DNA of 44,427 nt from Candidatus Altiarchaeota archaeon (GCA_038891095.1 JAWAEV010000007.1:1-44427); one strand, 5' to 3'. Positions 8,499-18,826 are shown, counted from the first letter of the stretch. Numbers and translations are program-made. Notes: generated by a model from the letters alone, not told the origin.

Positions 8499-9694
8499 TG
8501 GTCTCAGTATGTTTTTATTTCCAAGTTCATCAACCTTTTAGGCTCAGAAAATATCAGGTTTTTGATATTGGCCAAAGTAGAGAGTATTTTGATGATGTCA
8601 AAAATAGAGAGATAATGCAGAGAGTTGCAAGAAAATGCTATACTCCAACAAATAAATTAATTCTTGACCTTATAGAAAAATTTAATGGGAAATTTAAAGT
8701 AAGTTATTCAATTACAGGAGTTGCACTTGAGCAATTCCAACTTTATGCTCCGGAAGTTTTAGAAAGTTTTCAAAAATTAGCTGATACTGGCTGTGTGGAA
8801 TTTTTAGATGAAACATATTACCACTCATTAGCATTTTTATATTCAGAAAAAGAATTTAACGAGCAGATAAAGCTACATAGAAAAAAAATACAAGAATTTT
8901 TTGGACAGAAACCAAAAGTTTTTAGAAATACAGAGTTAGTCTATAATAATAGACTTGCTGAAATTGTTGAAAAATTAGGGTATAAAGGAGTTCTTGCTGA
9001 AGGTGCTGATCGCATCTTAGAATGGAGAAGCCCTAACTTTATCTATAAACCAAAAAATTGCAAAAAAATTAAAATGCTTCTAAAGCATTACCGTCTTTCT
9101 GATGATATCGCATTTCGCTTCTCTGAAAGAAGTTGGGATGGTTGGCCATTAACTGCTGATAAATTCGCTGCATGGATAAGTGCTGCAAATGGAAATGGTC
9201 ATGTTGTAAATTTATTCATGGATTATGAAACTTTTGGTGAGCATCAATGGGAGGAAACTGGGATATTTGAATTTCTAAGACATTTGCCTGGAGAAATTTT
9301 AAAGCATCCTGACAACAATTTTATGATGCCAACTGAGGCTATAAATACTTATGAACCTGTTGCAGAGTTAGATATTCCACATATCGTTTCATGGGCAGAT
9401 ATAGAGAGGGATTTATCTGCGTGGTTGGGCAACAAGATGCAGCAGTCATCAATAGAGAATTTATATCAGTTAGAGAAAGCAGTAAAGAATTCAAAAGACC
9501 AAAAAATTTTAGATGACTGGAGAAAATTGCAAACAGCGGATCATTTCTACTATATGTGCACAAAATGGTTCAATGATGGCGATGTGCATAAATATTTTAA
9601 TGTCTATGATAGACCACATGACTCATTTATAAATTTTATGAATGTTCTCACTGATTTAAGACTAAGAATTGAAGAAAATAAAAAAAGGAAATGA
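8498..9694 (+). CDS. GH57 alpha-amylase family glycoside hydrolase
   Basis: YFQVHQPFRL, ETYYHSL, FRNTEL, LSDDIAFRFS, FMDYETFGEHQW, DHFYYMCTK. Confidence 0.95.
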   Translation: MVSVCFYFQVHQPFRLRKYQVFDIGQSREYFDDVKNREIMQRVARKCYTPTNKLILDLIEKFNGKFKVSYSITGVALEQFQLYAPEVLESFQKLADTGCVEFLDETYYHSLAFLYSEKEFNEQIKLHRKKIQEFFGQKPKVFRNTELVYNNRLAEIVEKLGYKGVLAEGADRILEWRSPNFIYKPKNCKKIKMLLKHYRLSDDIAFRFSERSWDGWPLTADKFAAWISAANGNGHVVNLFMDYETFGEHQWEETGIFEFLRHLPGEILKHPDNNFMMPTEAINTYEPVAELDIPHIVSWADIERDLSAWLGNKMQQSSIENLYQLEKAVKNSKDQKILDDWRKLQTADHFYYMCTKWFNDGDVHKYFNVYDRPHDSFINFMNVLTDLRLRIEENKKRK

Positions 9695-10056
9695 AGATGA
9701 AAAAATTTGATAAGGAAATTGCAGCAGTTAAGGCTTTAATAAATGAGAATTTGCAAGATGTAGAAAGAATTCTGAGTGATGTTGCTCCTGAAAAAGCTTT
9801 CTGGTTTTGTAATGGTATCATTGTAAAAAATCTTCAAGACATGCCAAAAGTGCTAAATAGTATAGACGAAAAAACATTTGCTTATCATGTGAACAATGAA
9901 AAAAATGATATTGCTAGGTGGATTTATGATGTAATTCAAGACGAAGCTCTTGCAAAAAGTATTGAAAAATTGAAAAAGAAAAGTACAATGTCTCGAAGAA
10001 TTCAGGGAAGAATAGAGTATTTGAATAACATAAAAGAAAGTTTGAGAGATCTTTAA
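9691..10056 (+). CDS. DUF5752-like small protein
   Basis: PEKAFWFCNG...L..IDEKTFAYHVN.EKNDIARWI.DVI.D..LA pattern; sits within the glycogen operon. Confidence 0.7.
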   Translation: MKMKKFDKEIAAVKALINENLQDVERILSDVAPEKAFWFCNGIIVKNLQDMPKVLNSIDEKTFAYHVNNEKNDIARWIYDVIQDEALAKSIEKLKKKSTMSRRIQGRIEYLNNIKESLRDL

Positions 10057-10062
10057 TGGAAG

Positions 10063-11847
10063 ATGAAATATCCCATAAATTTTATTTTTGAAGTGAGTTG
10101 GGAAGTTTGCAATAAAGTTGGTGGAATTAACACTGTTATAAAAAGCAAAGTCCCACAGATGTTAAAACATTATCACGACAATTATTTTCTCATAGGCCCT
10201 TACATACAAAAGAAAGCAGTAATCGAGTTTCAAGAAAAAGTACCATTCGATTTTTTACATGATGTATTTAGCGCATTAAACAAAGAAGGAATTGTTTGCA
10301 GATATGGAAAATGGCTTACTGAAGGCGAGCCAAATACAATACTTGTTGATTACACCGGATATAAATACAAAAATAATGAAATAAAAGCAAAACTTTGGGA
10401 GAGTTTTAAAATAGATTCTCTTGGGACAGATTTTTATGACTTTGACGAGCCTATTTTATGGAGCACTGCAGTTGGTTGTTTCTTAGAGAAATTTGCAAGA
10501 AATTTTAAAGATAAAAAAATTGTTGCTCATTTTCATGAATGGTTGAGTTGTGGAGCGCTACTATATTTGAAAAGAAATAATGTTAAACTTCCAACAATAT
10601 TTACAACACATGCAACTGTTGTTGGTAGAACTCTTGCTGGGAATAACTTTGATTTATATGGTAAATTACCAGATATCGATGCTGATAAAGAGGCATATAA
10701 TCTCAAAGTTCATTCAAAGCATCAAGTTGAGAAAATCTCAGCTCATGTTTGTGATGTTTTCACAACAATTTCTGAAATTCTTGCATTAGAAACGAAATTT
10801 ATACTCGGAAGAGATCCGGATATTTTAATTTATAATGGCTTGGATTTTAGCAGATATCCAACAATTGAAGAAATTTCACTTAAACATAGGCTCTATAGAG
10901 AAAGAATAAGAGAATTCCTAAGATATTATTTCTTTCCATATTACTCCTTTGATCTTGACAATACACTAATATATTTTATCTCAGGTAGATACGAATTCCA
11001 TAATAAAGGAATTGACCTTCTAATACAGGCGCTTGCAAAACTAAACAAAAAGCTAAAAGAAGAAAATTCAAAAAAGACAATAGTTGTATTCTTTTTAATT
11101 CCAAAAGAAGTAATAAGGATAAAGCCAGAAATTTCTCAAGCTAGAGCATACTATGAAGATTTTCGTTCATTGGTTGATGAGAATCTCTCTGATATAAGAA
11201 GTAGAGTTGTGGACAGTATACTCTCAAAAAAACAAATTTCTGAAAAAACACTCTTTTCAAAGGAATTTATATTCGAAGCAAAGAGAAGAGCATTCAGATT
11301 TTTCAAGGATGGATTACCATATTTATGCACGCATGATATACATAATGAAGAATCAGATTTAATTTTAAAAGCACTAAGGGAAAATGAACTTCTTAATAGG
11401 AGAGATGATAGAGTTAAGGTAATTTTCTATCCAACATACCTTACTGGAGCAGATTCATTGCTTGACTTGAGCTATAATGAATTCATTTTAGGCTCACATT
11501 TAGGAATATTCCCCTCATACTATGAGCCGTGGGGTTATACACCATTAGAGACTGCTGCGCTTGGAGTCGCTGCAGTTACAACTGACTTTAGCGGATTTGG
11601 AAGATATTTACTAAAGTTAAATGAAGGAAAAAAAGGAATTTTTGTAATTGAGATGTTCAATAGGCCGGTAGATAAAAAAATTGAAAACCTATTCCAGGTA
11701 ATGTACAACTTTTGCAAATTAACAAGAGAAGAGAGAGTGAGGAACAAACTTGAAGCACAAAAGTTATCAAAATTGGTTGATTGGGAAGTTTTAATTGAAG
11801 GTTATATAAAAGCGCATAATCTTGCTGTTGAGAGGGTTTATAAATAA
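10063..11847 (+). CDS. Glycogen synthase, GT3 family
   Basis: FEVSWEVCNKVGGINTVI, AHFHEW, FTTHAT..GR, SGRYEFHNKG.D, VKVIFYP.YL, FPSYYEPWGYTPLE. Confidence 0.93.
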   Translation: MKYPINFIFEVSWEVCNKVGGINTVIKSKVPQMLKHYHDNYFLIGPYIQKKAVIEFQEKVPFDFLHDVFSALNKEGIVCRYGKWLTEGEPNTILVDYTGYKYKNNEIKAKLWESFKIDSLGTDFYDFDEPILWSTAVGCFLEKFARNFKDKKIVAHFHEWLSCGALLYLKRNNVKLPTIFTTHATVVGRTLAGNNFDLYGKLPDIDADKEAYNLKVHSKHQVEKISAHVCDVFTTISEILALETKFILGRDPDILIYNGLDFSRYPTIEEISLKHRLYRERIREFLRYYFFPYYSFDLDNTLIYFISGRYEFHNKGIDLLIQALAKLNKKLKEENSKKTIVVFFLIPKEVIRIKPEISQARAYYEDFRSLVDENLSDIRSRVVDSILSKKQISEKTLFSKEFIFEAKRRAFRFFKDGLPYLCTHDIHNEESDLILKALRENELLNRRDDRVKVIFYPTYLTGADSLLDLSYNEFILGSHLGIFPSYYEPWGYTPLETAALGVAAVTTDFSGFGRYLLKLNEGKKGIFVIEMFNRPVDKKIENLFQVMYNFCKLTREERVRNKLEAQKLSKLVDWEVLIEGYIKAHNLAVERVYK

Positions 11848-11848
11848 A

Positions 11849-13606
11849 ATGCAAATAGAGCATATCTTTGAAAGAGAAAAAATATCAAAAAATTCAGAAG
11901 ACGCAGCATTTTTGTTAACAAATAAAAATCTTGGTTATTGCTATTTCTCTGAAAAACCTAAAAGCAGATATGAAGGCGTTTTTTTTCAAATTAATGGAAA
12001 AGTTTTTAGAGTGATTGCTGAAATAGGCATAAAAGGAAAACTCAAAAAGATCATAAATAGGTTCTATGAAATTGAAAGAATTTGCAGCGAAAACTCAGAG
12101 AAATTTTTCATACCATTCTTCAAGAATTCTTTAGTATATGAACTAAAAAAAAGTTGCTATATAACTCTGAAACTTGATATCCGAGGCATATACTCCCAAG
12201 AAAATTTTGGTAGATACTACAGCATTTTCGAAGAAAATGGAAAATTAATTGTTAAATATACAAAAAAGAATGAGATTGATGGTAGCATAGAATATGAAAC
12301 CTATCTTGTTATTCACGGAGCAGAAAAATATGAAAAAATTGATAAATGGGAGAAAGTTTTTTATGAGAGAGATAAAGAAAGAAATTCTTGGCCGTTTGAG
12401 TTATATATCTATAGTGCATTAAGGATAAAAGCAAAAAGACTAATTTTTTGTTTCTCAGAAAATAAAGACAAAGCAACTAAAGAAGCAGATGATATCGCAA
12501 AAAATACAGATCTACTAAAAGAAATGCAAAGAGTTACTGTTATGAAAAATTTATCTCTTGACAGAAAAAAATTTTTAAGAGAGATTAAATTTGCCTATCT
12601 ATGTTGTTTAAATTCTTTAAATCAGTTAAGGGATAGTGAAGGAATTATAGCTGGACTTCCTTGGTTTTTTCAGCATTGGACAAGAGATGAACTTGTAACA
12701 ATGAGTATTTTTGAACCAAAAGAAAGAAAAAAGATATTGCTAAAATATTTAAAAAAGATAAAAGAGGATGGTAGAGTAGAGAACATTTTAAATTCTGAAA
12801 AAACTAATGCTGATTCAGTTGGTTGGTTATTCAAGAGAATTTCTGAGAATTTAGTTCTATTCAGCCCAAAAGAGAAAAAGATTATAGCAGATATTCTTGA
12901 AGATGTAGTTGATAGATTGCAGATAAGGTATATGATGAATGGTTTCATTTATAATGAAAAATGTGAAACATGGATGGATACCTCTTTTGCAGATGATAAA
13001 GGAAGAGATGGTGCTAGAATAGAAATCCAAGCAATGTTTCTTAACATGCTGTTATTGGCTTATAAACTAACTGGTAATGAGAAATATAAGAAGAGTGAAG
13101 AGAGACTAAGAGAGAAATTGAGAGGAGAATTCTGGAATGGAAAAATTTTAGCTGATGGTTTTCAAGATTTCACCATCAGACCAAATATTTTTTTAGCATT
13201 TTATATTTACCCAAAAATTCTCTCAAGAGAAGAATGGGAAATTTGTTTTGAGAATTCATTGAAAAAATTGTGGTGTAATTGGGGAGGAATTTCAACTATA
13301 GATAAAGAGCATCATCTATTCTTTTCAAAAGACACTGGTGAAGATCCAAGAAGTTATCATCGTGGAAATTCTTGGTTTTATTTGAATAATTTAACTGCAT
13401 TATCTTTACATAGAATAAATAAGAAAAAATTTAGAAGATATATAGAAAAAATTTTAGATGCATCAACTAAGGACATACTTTGGAATGGGGCTATAAGTCA
13501 TCACTCAGAACTTAGTTCTGCTGGAAAACTTTCAGCTAATGGTTGTGTAGCACAAGCTTGGAGTGCAGCAACTTATATCGAAGCCATAAATGAAATTTTT
13601 GGATGA
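11849..13606 (+). CDS. Amylo-alpha-1,6-glucosidase (glycogen debranching, GH133-like)
   Basis: AGLPWFFQHWTRDE, NADS.GW, ETWMDT, RDGARIEIQA, IRPN, SYHRGNSW, QAWS. Start moved to ATG 11849. Confidence 0.88.
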   Translation: MQIEHIFEREKISKNSEDAAFLLTNKNLGYCYFSEKPKSRYEGVFFQINGKVFRVIAEIGIKGKLKKIINRFYEIERICSENSEKFFIPFFKNSLVYELKKSCYITLKLDIRGIYSQENFGRYYSIFEENGKLIVKYTKKNEIDGSIEYETYLVIHGAEKYEKIDKWEKVFYERDKERNSWPFELYIYSALRIKAKRLIFCFSENKDKATKEADDIAKNTDLLKEMQRVTVMKNLSLDRKKFLREIKFAYLCCLNSLNQLRDSEGIIAGLPWFFQHWTRDELVTMSIFEPKERKKILLKYLKKIKEDGRVENILNSEKTNADSVGWLFKRISENLVLFSPKEKKIIADILEDVVDRLQIRYMMNGFIYNEKCETWMDTSFADDKGRDGARIEIQAMFLNMLLLAYKLTGNEKYKKSEERLREKLRGEFWNGKILADGFQDFTIRPNIFLAFYIYPKILSREEWEICFENSLKKLWCNWGGISTIDKEHHLFFSKDTGEDPRSYHRGNSWFYLNNLTALSLHRINKKKFRRYIEKILDASTKDILWNGAISHHSELSSAGKLSANGCVAQAWSAATYIEAINEIFG

Positions 13607-13692
13607 ATAGAAGTATAAGGCTTTGGTTGCTATTCATATAACATAACAACTCTAAAGAAAAATAGGAATAGAACACAGAAGAAACGATAAAT

Positions 13693-15582
13693 TTAAACCA
13701 GTCTTATCGTTTCTAAATTTTTTGGAGTTGAAAATTCAAAGTTGAACATTTCGTAGAGAGTAGTTGCGAGATTCATTATTTTACTTTCTTCCCCATGAAC
13801 TAAAATTGCTCTTTTTGGTTTTGGGTAAATCTTTTTTGAATAACCTAAAAGTTGCCTTCTATCTGCATGTCCAGAAAAACCTTCAATTGTTTTAATTTCC
13901 ATTTCTATCTTGAGTAACTTTGTTTTTCCATCTTCATCAATTGTTAATTCTTTTAAACCATTTTGAATTCTTCTTCCAAGTGAGCCTTCAGATTGATAAC
14001 CAACGAATATCAAAGTATTGTCTTTATTTTCTGCAAATCTCTTAAAATATTCAACTGAAGGGCCACCAGTCATCATACCTGAAGTTGAAAGAACTATAAA
14101 TGGATCTTTTGAGTTAAGTAACTCCTGTCTTTTTTTAGCATCAACTTTCTCAAATTTATCAACAAGAAAAGGATTATATCCATTGAAAATTCTATTTCTA
14201 AGATATAATTTCAAATACTCAGGATATGAAGTATGAATAGCAGTTGCTTCCCATATCATACCATCAAGGAAAACAGGAACATCAATTTCGCCATTTCTAA
14301 AATAATTTTCAAGAACCATCATAACCTCTTGAGATCTACCAACTGAGAAAACAGGAATTAAAACTTTTCCTTTTCTCTCAATTGTATATTTTATCGTTTT
14401 TATCAACTCTTGCTCTGATTCTTTTCTATTTGGAAGGATATCATATCTGCCTCCATAAGTTGACTCTAAAATTAAAGTTTCAACTCTTGGAAATTCATAA
14501 TTTGCTGCTTCTAAAAGCCTAGTATCACCAAATTTTAAATCACCAGAGTAAACGATGTTATGTAGGCCTTCGCCAATATGCAAATGAACTATTGATGAAC
14601 CTAAGATATGACCTGCATTATAAAGAGTTATCCTTATATCAGGGGTTATATCTGCAACTTCTTCATACTCTAAAGGTATGGTGTGTTTCAAAGCCATTCT
14701 TATTTCTTTAGAGGAGTAGGGCAATTCTCTTTCATCGTCTCTTTCAGAAATTTCAACAGCATCCAATTGCAATAATGCCATCAAATCTCTTGTTGGCTCA
14801 GTGCAATATACTGGGCCTTTATATCCATACTTGTAAAGATATGGCAGAAATCCACAGTGATCTAAATGAGCATGTGAAATTATAACTGCATCAAGAATTT
14901 CAGTTTCAATTTTCATTGCTCTTAGGTCAGGAAATCTGTCCATTCCAGTTGCTGCAACATTTATACCACAATCAATTAAAACATTTGATTCTGGTGTTTG
15001 CAATAAAAAGCATGATCTACCAACTTCTCTTGCACCACCTAATGGAGTTATCCTTATCCAATCGCATTCAGCATTTGGTTTTCTGTAAATTTTTCTTCCA
15101 ACTTCATGCAAATTTTTTAATCTTGTCTCACTTGATTCAAATAGCATCTTACGAGTGCTTTCAATTATCTTAGAATCAATTGGAGGTTTTCTAAGTAATC
15201 TTGGTGTCCATTTAGTTCTTCTTATTATTTCCTCAAGAGTTGTACCTTGTTTACCTATAACAAGTCCAAGTTTTTCAGCTTCTATATAAACTTCTTGAAA
15301 ATTTGGATCAAAATAAATGCTTGATAAATTTGCTTCCTTTGGAACAATTTTCCTTATCTCCTTATCTGCCTTTTCAATAGGCAGCAATTTTTCGGGCATT
15401 GATCTTAAAATTATCCTCTTTTTGAGAATAGTTGCTAATTTTTTAATTTCTTCACTATTCTGAATGAAAAATTCTAAGTCAGGAGTATAGAGAACGATTT
15501 TTGGACCTTCAACTTCTATTTTCGCTACTTTGTCCTTAGGCGCGTTTTCTTCGACTAATTTTTTTATTTCTTTAAATTCCAA
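13693..15582 (-). CDS. fttA: aCPSF1 / FttA KH-domain beta-CASP ribonuclease (transcription termination factor)
   Basis: N-terminal KH region, LGGAREVGRSC, SHAHLDHCG, AGHILGS, ESTYG, GFSGHAD, VHGE; conserved linkage to psmB. Start placed at TTG 15582 behind GAGGTGA; the ORF track uses GTG 15591. Confidence 0.95.
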   Translation of the reverse strand: MEFKEIKKLVEENAPKDKVAKIEVEGPKIVLYTPDLEFFIQNSEEIKKLATILKKRIILRSMPEKLLPIEKADKEIRKIVPKEANLSSIYFDPNFQEVYIEAEKLGLVIGKQGTTLEEIIRRTKWTPRLLRKPPIDSKIIESTRKMLFESSETRLKNLHEVGRKIYRKPNAECDWIRITPLGGAREVGRSCFLLQTPESNVLIDCGINVAATGMDRFPDLRAMKIETEILDAVIISHAHLDHCGFLPYLYKYGYKGPVYCTEPTRDLMALLQLDAVEISERDDERELPYSSKEIRMALKHTIPLEYEEVADITPDIRITLYNAGHILGSSIVHLHIGEGLHNIVYSGDLKFGDTRLLEAANYEFPRVETLILESTYGGRYDILPNRKESEQELIKTIKYTIERKGKVLIPVFSVGRSQEVMMVLENYFRNGEIDVPVFLDGMIWEATAIHTSYPEYLKLYLRNRIFNGYNPFLVDKFEKVDAKKRQELLNSKDPFIVLSTSGMMTGGPSVEYFKRFAENKDNTLIFVGYQSEGSLGRRIQNGLKELTIDEDGKTKLLKIEMEIKTIEGFSGHADRRQLLGYSKKIYPKPKRAILVHGEESKIMNLATTLYEMFNFEFSTPKNLETIRLV

Positions 15583-15682
15583 AGAAATCACCTCACATGA
15601 TTAATCAATAATGCTCTAACTAATAGAAAGTACAAAATGAATAGAATACTTATAAAATTATCTAACAGGCCTTTATGTGCTC

Positions 15683-16315
15683 TTATTGCTGTTTAATATA
15701 CCTCTTTAACAAATTTTTAATTTCTTCTTCACTAAATTCTTTAAAACCTTCATTTGTTATTGTCACAAGAGCAATTCCATCACCTGTTGCGCAATCTCTT
15801 TGCATTGCGGAATTCAAAGCTATTAATGCCAAAGGTATTTGCTCCTCAACAGTTTTGTTATCTGAATAATCTCTTTCTAAAATCCCATAAGCAACTGGTG
15901 ATCCAGAGCCTGTTGCGGCATATTTCTCTTCTATTAACCCACCAACAGGATCTAATGTGAATAACCTAGCGTTCTTTATAAAACCACCAATTAGCAATTC
16001 AACCAAATATGGAAAGTATTTGCTACCTTGTAGAACATTTGCTATCAATGTTGCAACTGCTTTTGTTGACATAATCTCTTTATTATTTGTTTCATATAAA
16101 TTTGCTTCTGCTTGTATCAAACGCATTAATGATTCTGCATCTCCAACACTACCTGCAACCGTAGCACCAACTCTATCATTTATTTTGAAAACCTTTCTTG
16201 CTCTTTTTGATGCAATAAATGTTCCCCATGAAGCCCTTTTATCGCATGCAAAAATTACCCCATTACTACAAGTCAAACCTATTGTAGTAGTACCTTTTAA
16301 TATTTTTTGTTCCAA
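15683..16315 (-). CDS. psmB: Proteasome beta subunit
   Basis: Propeptide MEQKILKG then TTTIG (N-terminal Thr nucleophile); DKRAS, AGSVGDA, TGSGSPVAYG, RD..TGDG. TTG start. Confidence 0.97.
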   Translation of the reverse strand: MEQKILKGTTTIGLTCSNGVIFACDKRASWGTFIASKRARKVFKINDRVGATVAGSVGDAESLMRLIQAEANLYETNNKEIMSTKAVATLIANVLQGSKYFPYLVELLIGGFIKNARLFTLDPVGGLIEEKYAATGSGSPVAYGILERDYSDNKTVEEQIPLALIALNSAMQRDCATGDGIALVTITNEGFKEFSEEEIKNLLKRYIKQQ

Positions 16316-16445
16316 AGAAATCGCCTCATAAATTTTTTAAATTGAAAAGATAATTAAAATAAATTTTAGATTTTTAATTAAATTTTGGTTATGTAAAATT
16401 ATTGAATTTAGCATATAAAAAGTAAATTTTATACTTTCTCATTTT

Positions 16446-16961
16446 TTATAATCCATCATTTGCTAAAATTTTGAGGGAAACATCTATCCTCGGTAAAATT
16501 TCGACAATTCTAACAAGTTTTGCATCTTCATTTTCACTCTTACATAGATACATATGTTTTGTTGTTTTTGGTGGGAAGCACTTTCCTTTTTTTGCTATCC
16601 CAATGACCTCCTCCTTTGTAACTTTGACGCCTTCTCTCCAGGAGCCAACAACAATCCTCTCATCAAAATAATCCACGAAATAAACTGGAATTTTTTTTAG
16701 TTTTAACTTTTTAAATATATTGTAGCGGTTATGACCATCAAGTATGATTTTGTATTTTTTCTCGCAAACTATTGGATATTTCAATATGCACTTGTCATCA
16801 TTTAACAATAAATTTTTCAGGGATTCTTGGTCTTCTTCAGATACTTCTTCATGTGGCTTTAATTTTGATATATCAACTAATTCAACACCAATTTTTTTTA
16901 GTCGAGAAATTATCTCTTCTTTAGTTTCATTTACTTTTGGGCAATTTTCTAAACTCGACAT
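16446..16961 (-). CDS. ParB/Srx-fold protein, SerK/SbnI-like
   Basis: LKPHEEV, PI, ILDGHNRY, IPVYFVDY, C-terminal FPPKTTKH. No HTH region. Confidence 0.75.
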   Translation of the reverse strand: MSSLENCPKVNETKEEIISRLKKIGVELVDISKLKPHEEVSEEDQESLKNLLLNDDKCILKYPIVCEKKYKIILDGHNRYNIFKKLKLKKIPVYFVDYFDERIVVGSWREGVKVTKEEVIGIAKKGKCFPPKTTKHMYLCKSENEDAKLVRIVEILPRIDVSLKILANDGL

Positions 16962-17112
16962 TTTATGAATTTTTCAGTTAAATATAAATTTTAATATTTA
17001 AAAAATCACAGAATTTTAGAATTTTGAAAAGATAAGAAATAGAGTGATAAAAATGATAAGATAAAATAGCGACAAAAAAGAAGCAGAATTTAGCAACAGA
17101 ATATTAAAAAAG

Positions 17113-17695
17113 TTAATATAATAAGGTGATAATTGTCAGCATATTTACTAAAATCATTTTACACTTGCTCTTCCAAATTCAAAGGAGTTCTCCCTACGTT
17201 TCAATAAGAAAATTTGAGGATTTCCTATAGGGCTCATAGTGCTGCCAATTGTTATTGCAAATGCCAAAGCAATTAAAAGAAAAGAGATTTTGGATTTATG
17301 TTATGTTTTTTTGCGAGAAGCAAAATTGCCGGGGTGCCTACAATGGCTAATGTGTCATTCATAAGAAGTGCTGAGGTAAAACCAATTATAAACAAAATGA
17401 GCAATAATAGCTGATTTGTGTTCTTAGCCTTTTTGAATATTTTATAAGTCAAGTATGACAGATAACCACTATCTTCAAGAGCAACCCCTATAAGGAACAT
17501 ACTAAACAAGAAAAATATCACCTCCAAATTTATTGATTCTATTGCATTTGTTATTGAAATTTGTCCTGTTACTAAAAACAGCAATTGCCCCAAGTAGCAT
17601 TATCTTCCAAATCTGCAATTTAATATCACCAATTTGCCTTATTGCAATAAGTAAAAAACCACAGACAGAACTAATATCGGAATGGGATATATCAT
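17113..17695 (-). pseudogene. Degraded ArsB/NhaD/SLC13-type anion transporter
   Basis: Fragments across frames: MIYPIPILVLSVVF / LLIAIRQIGDIKLQIWKIMLLGAIA / LVTGQIS...LMNDTLAIVGTP...NPK / LLIALAFAITIGSTMSPIGNPQ. At least three frameshifts; most of the C-terminal half is absent. The 3' boundary is approximate. Confidence 0.85.
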
Positions 17696-17974
17696 TTCCA
17701 GGACATTTTTAATAAATTTAACTAATATGACAATTAGTTTAAAAATAAAAACATTAAACTTGATGTCTCACTCTTTTGTTAAGGCTGCTATTCTATCTAA
17801 CCAATTTGCACTTTTTGATTAGGCAGATGTTGTTCAACTTTTTAACTTCATAAAAAGTTAGAGGTTTAACTTTTGGAAATAAATCTCTATAAATTTAGTT
17901 TAATCATTATATACCTCTAAATAAAATATCTTTATGATACAAAAGTAAAATAAAATTTAAAAGGAAATATTTAA

Positions 17975-18826
17975 ATGGAAATGTTAGCATTTAATGAAAA
18001 TATCTTAGAATATGCATTAATAATTAACATAATAGCAGTTTTAATTTCAGTAGTTGCGGTAATTTATTGGGTTAAATTATACAAAAGACTTTATAAACAA
18101 GAACAGAAAGAAACTCGGGGGTGGGTATGGCTTTTTATTGGCGTTTTTAGCATTCTACTTTTCAATATTTCGAGCATTTATCTAATGTTTTTTTCAAATC
18201 CTTTTTATGAGCTACTCGGAACTATGGGCAGAACACTCATTGCAATTTCTCTAACCATTGGTGCTTATCTCCTCTATCTACCAATGAAGAAGGGGTTTGT
18301 TTATCGTTTTGTTCCAATAGAGCCTGTAATTGAGCATAGATCAGAAGAAAAGCCAAGGCATATACTTGAGAAAGGACAAACATATCTAATTGATGAGGAA
18401 AAACCTATAAAGAGCAATGAAATTTTTCTTGATATGATAAATCATGGCATAGCTGGTTTATACATAACAAGAAAAAATCCTGAAGAAGTTAGAAAAAATT
18501 ATAAACTAGAGAAAACTCCAATAATTTGGCTCACACATGAGAGAAGTTATAATGGATGTATTGATCCAAGGGATTTAGTGCTATTAAGTCATACAATAAA
18601 AGAATTTATAAAAAAAGCAGACGATGGTATAGTTCTAATTGATGGTGTAGAATACTTAATAATCCAAAATAGTTTTGTGGAAATTTTGAAACTTGTTCAA
18701 AATTTGAAGGATGTTGTCTCTTTGAGCAACTCAAGAATGTTGCTATCCATCGACTCTAAAGCAATTGACAATAGAGAATTTCATCTATTAAAGAAGGATA
18801 TGTCCTTCATAAAGGCGAATATATAG
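17975..18826 (+). CDS. Membrane protein (about 3 TM) with C-terminal DUF835 (inactive KaiC/RecA-like) domain
   Basis: Three hydrophobic segments, then YLIDEEKP, GLYITRKNP, PIIWLT, IDP.DL, IVLIDGVEYLIIQNSF..ILK....LKD. Confidence 0.85.
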   Translation: MEMLAFNENILEYALIINIIAVLISVVAVIYWVKLYKRLYKQEQKETRGWVWLFIGVFSILLFNISSIYLMFFSNPFYELLGTMGRTLIAISLTIGAYLLYLPMKKGFVYRFVPIEPVIEHRSEEKPRHILEKGQTYLIDEEKPIKSNEIFLDMINHGIAGLYITRKNPEEVRKNYKLEKTPIIWLTHERSYNGCIDPRDLVLLSHTIKEFIKKADDGIVLIDGVEYLIIQNSFVEILKLVQNLKDVVSLSNSRMLLSIDSKAIDNREFHLLKKDMSFIKANI

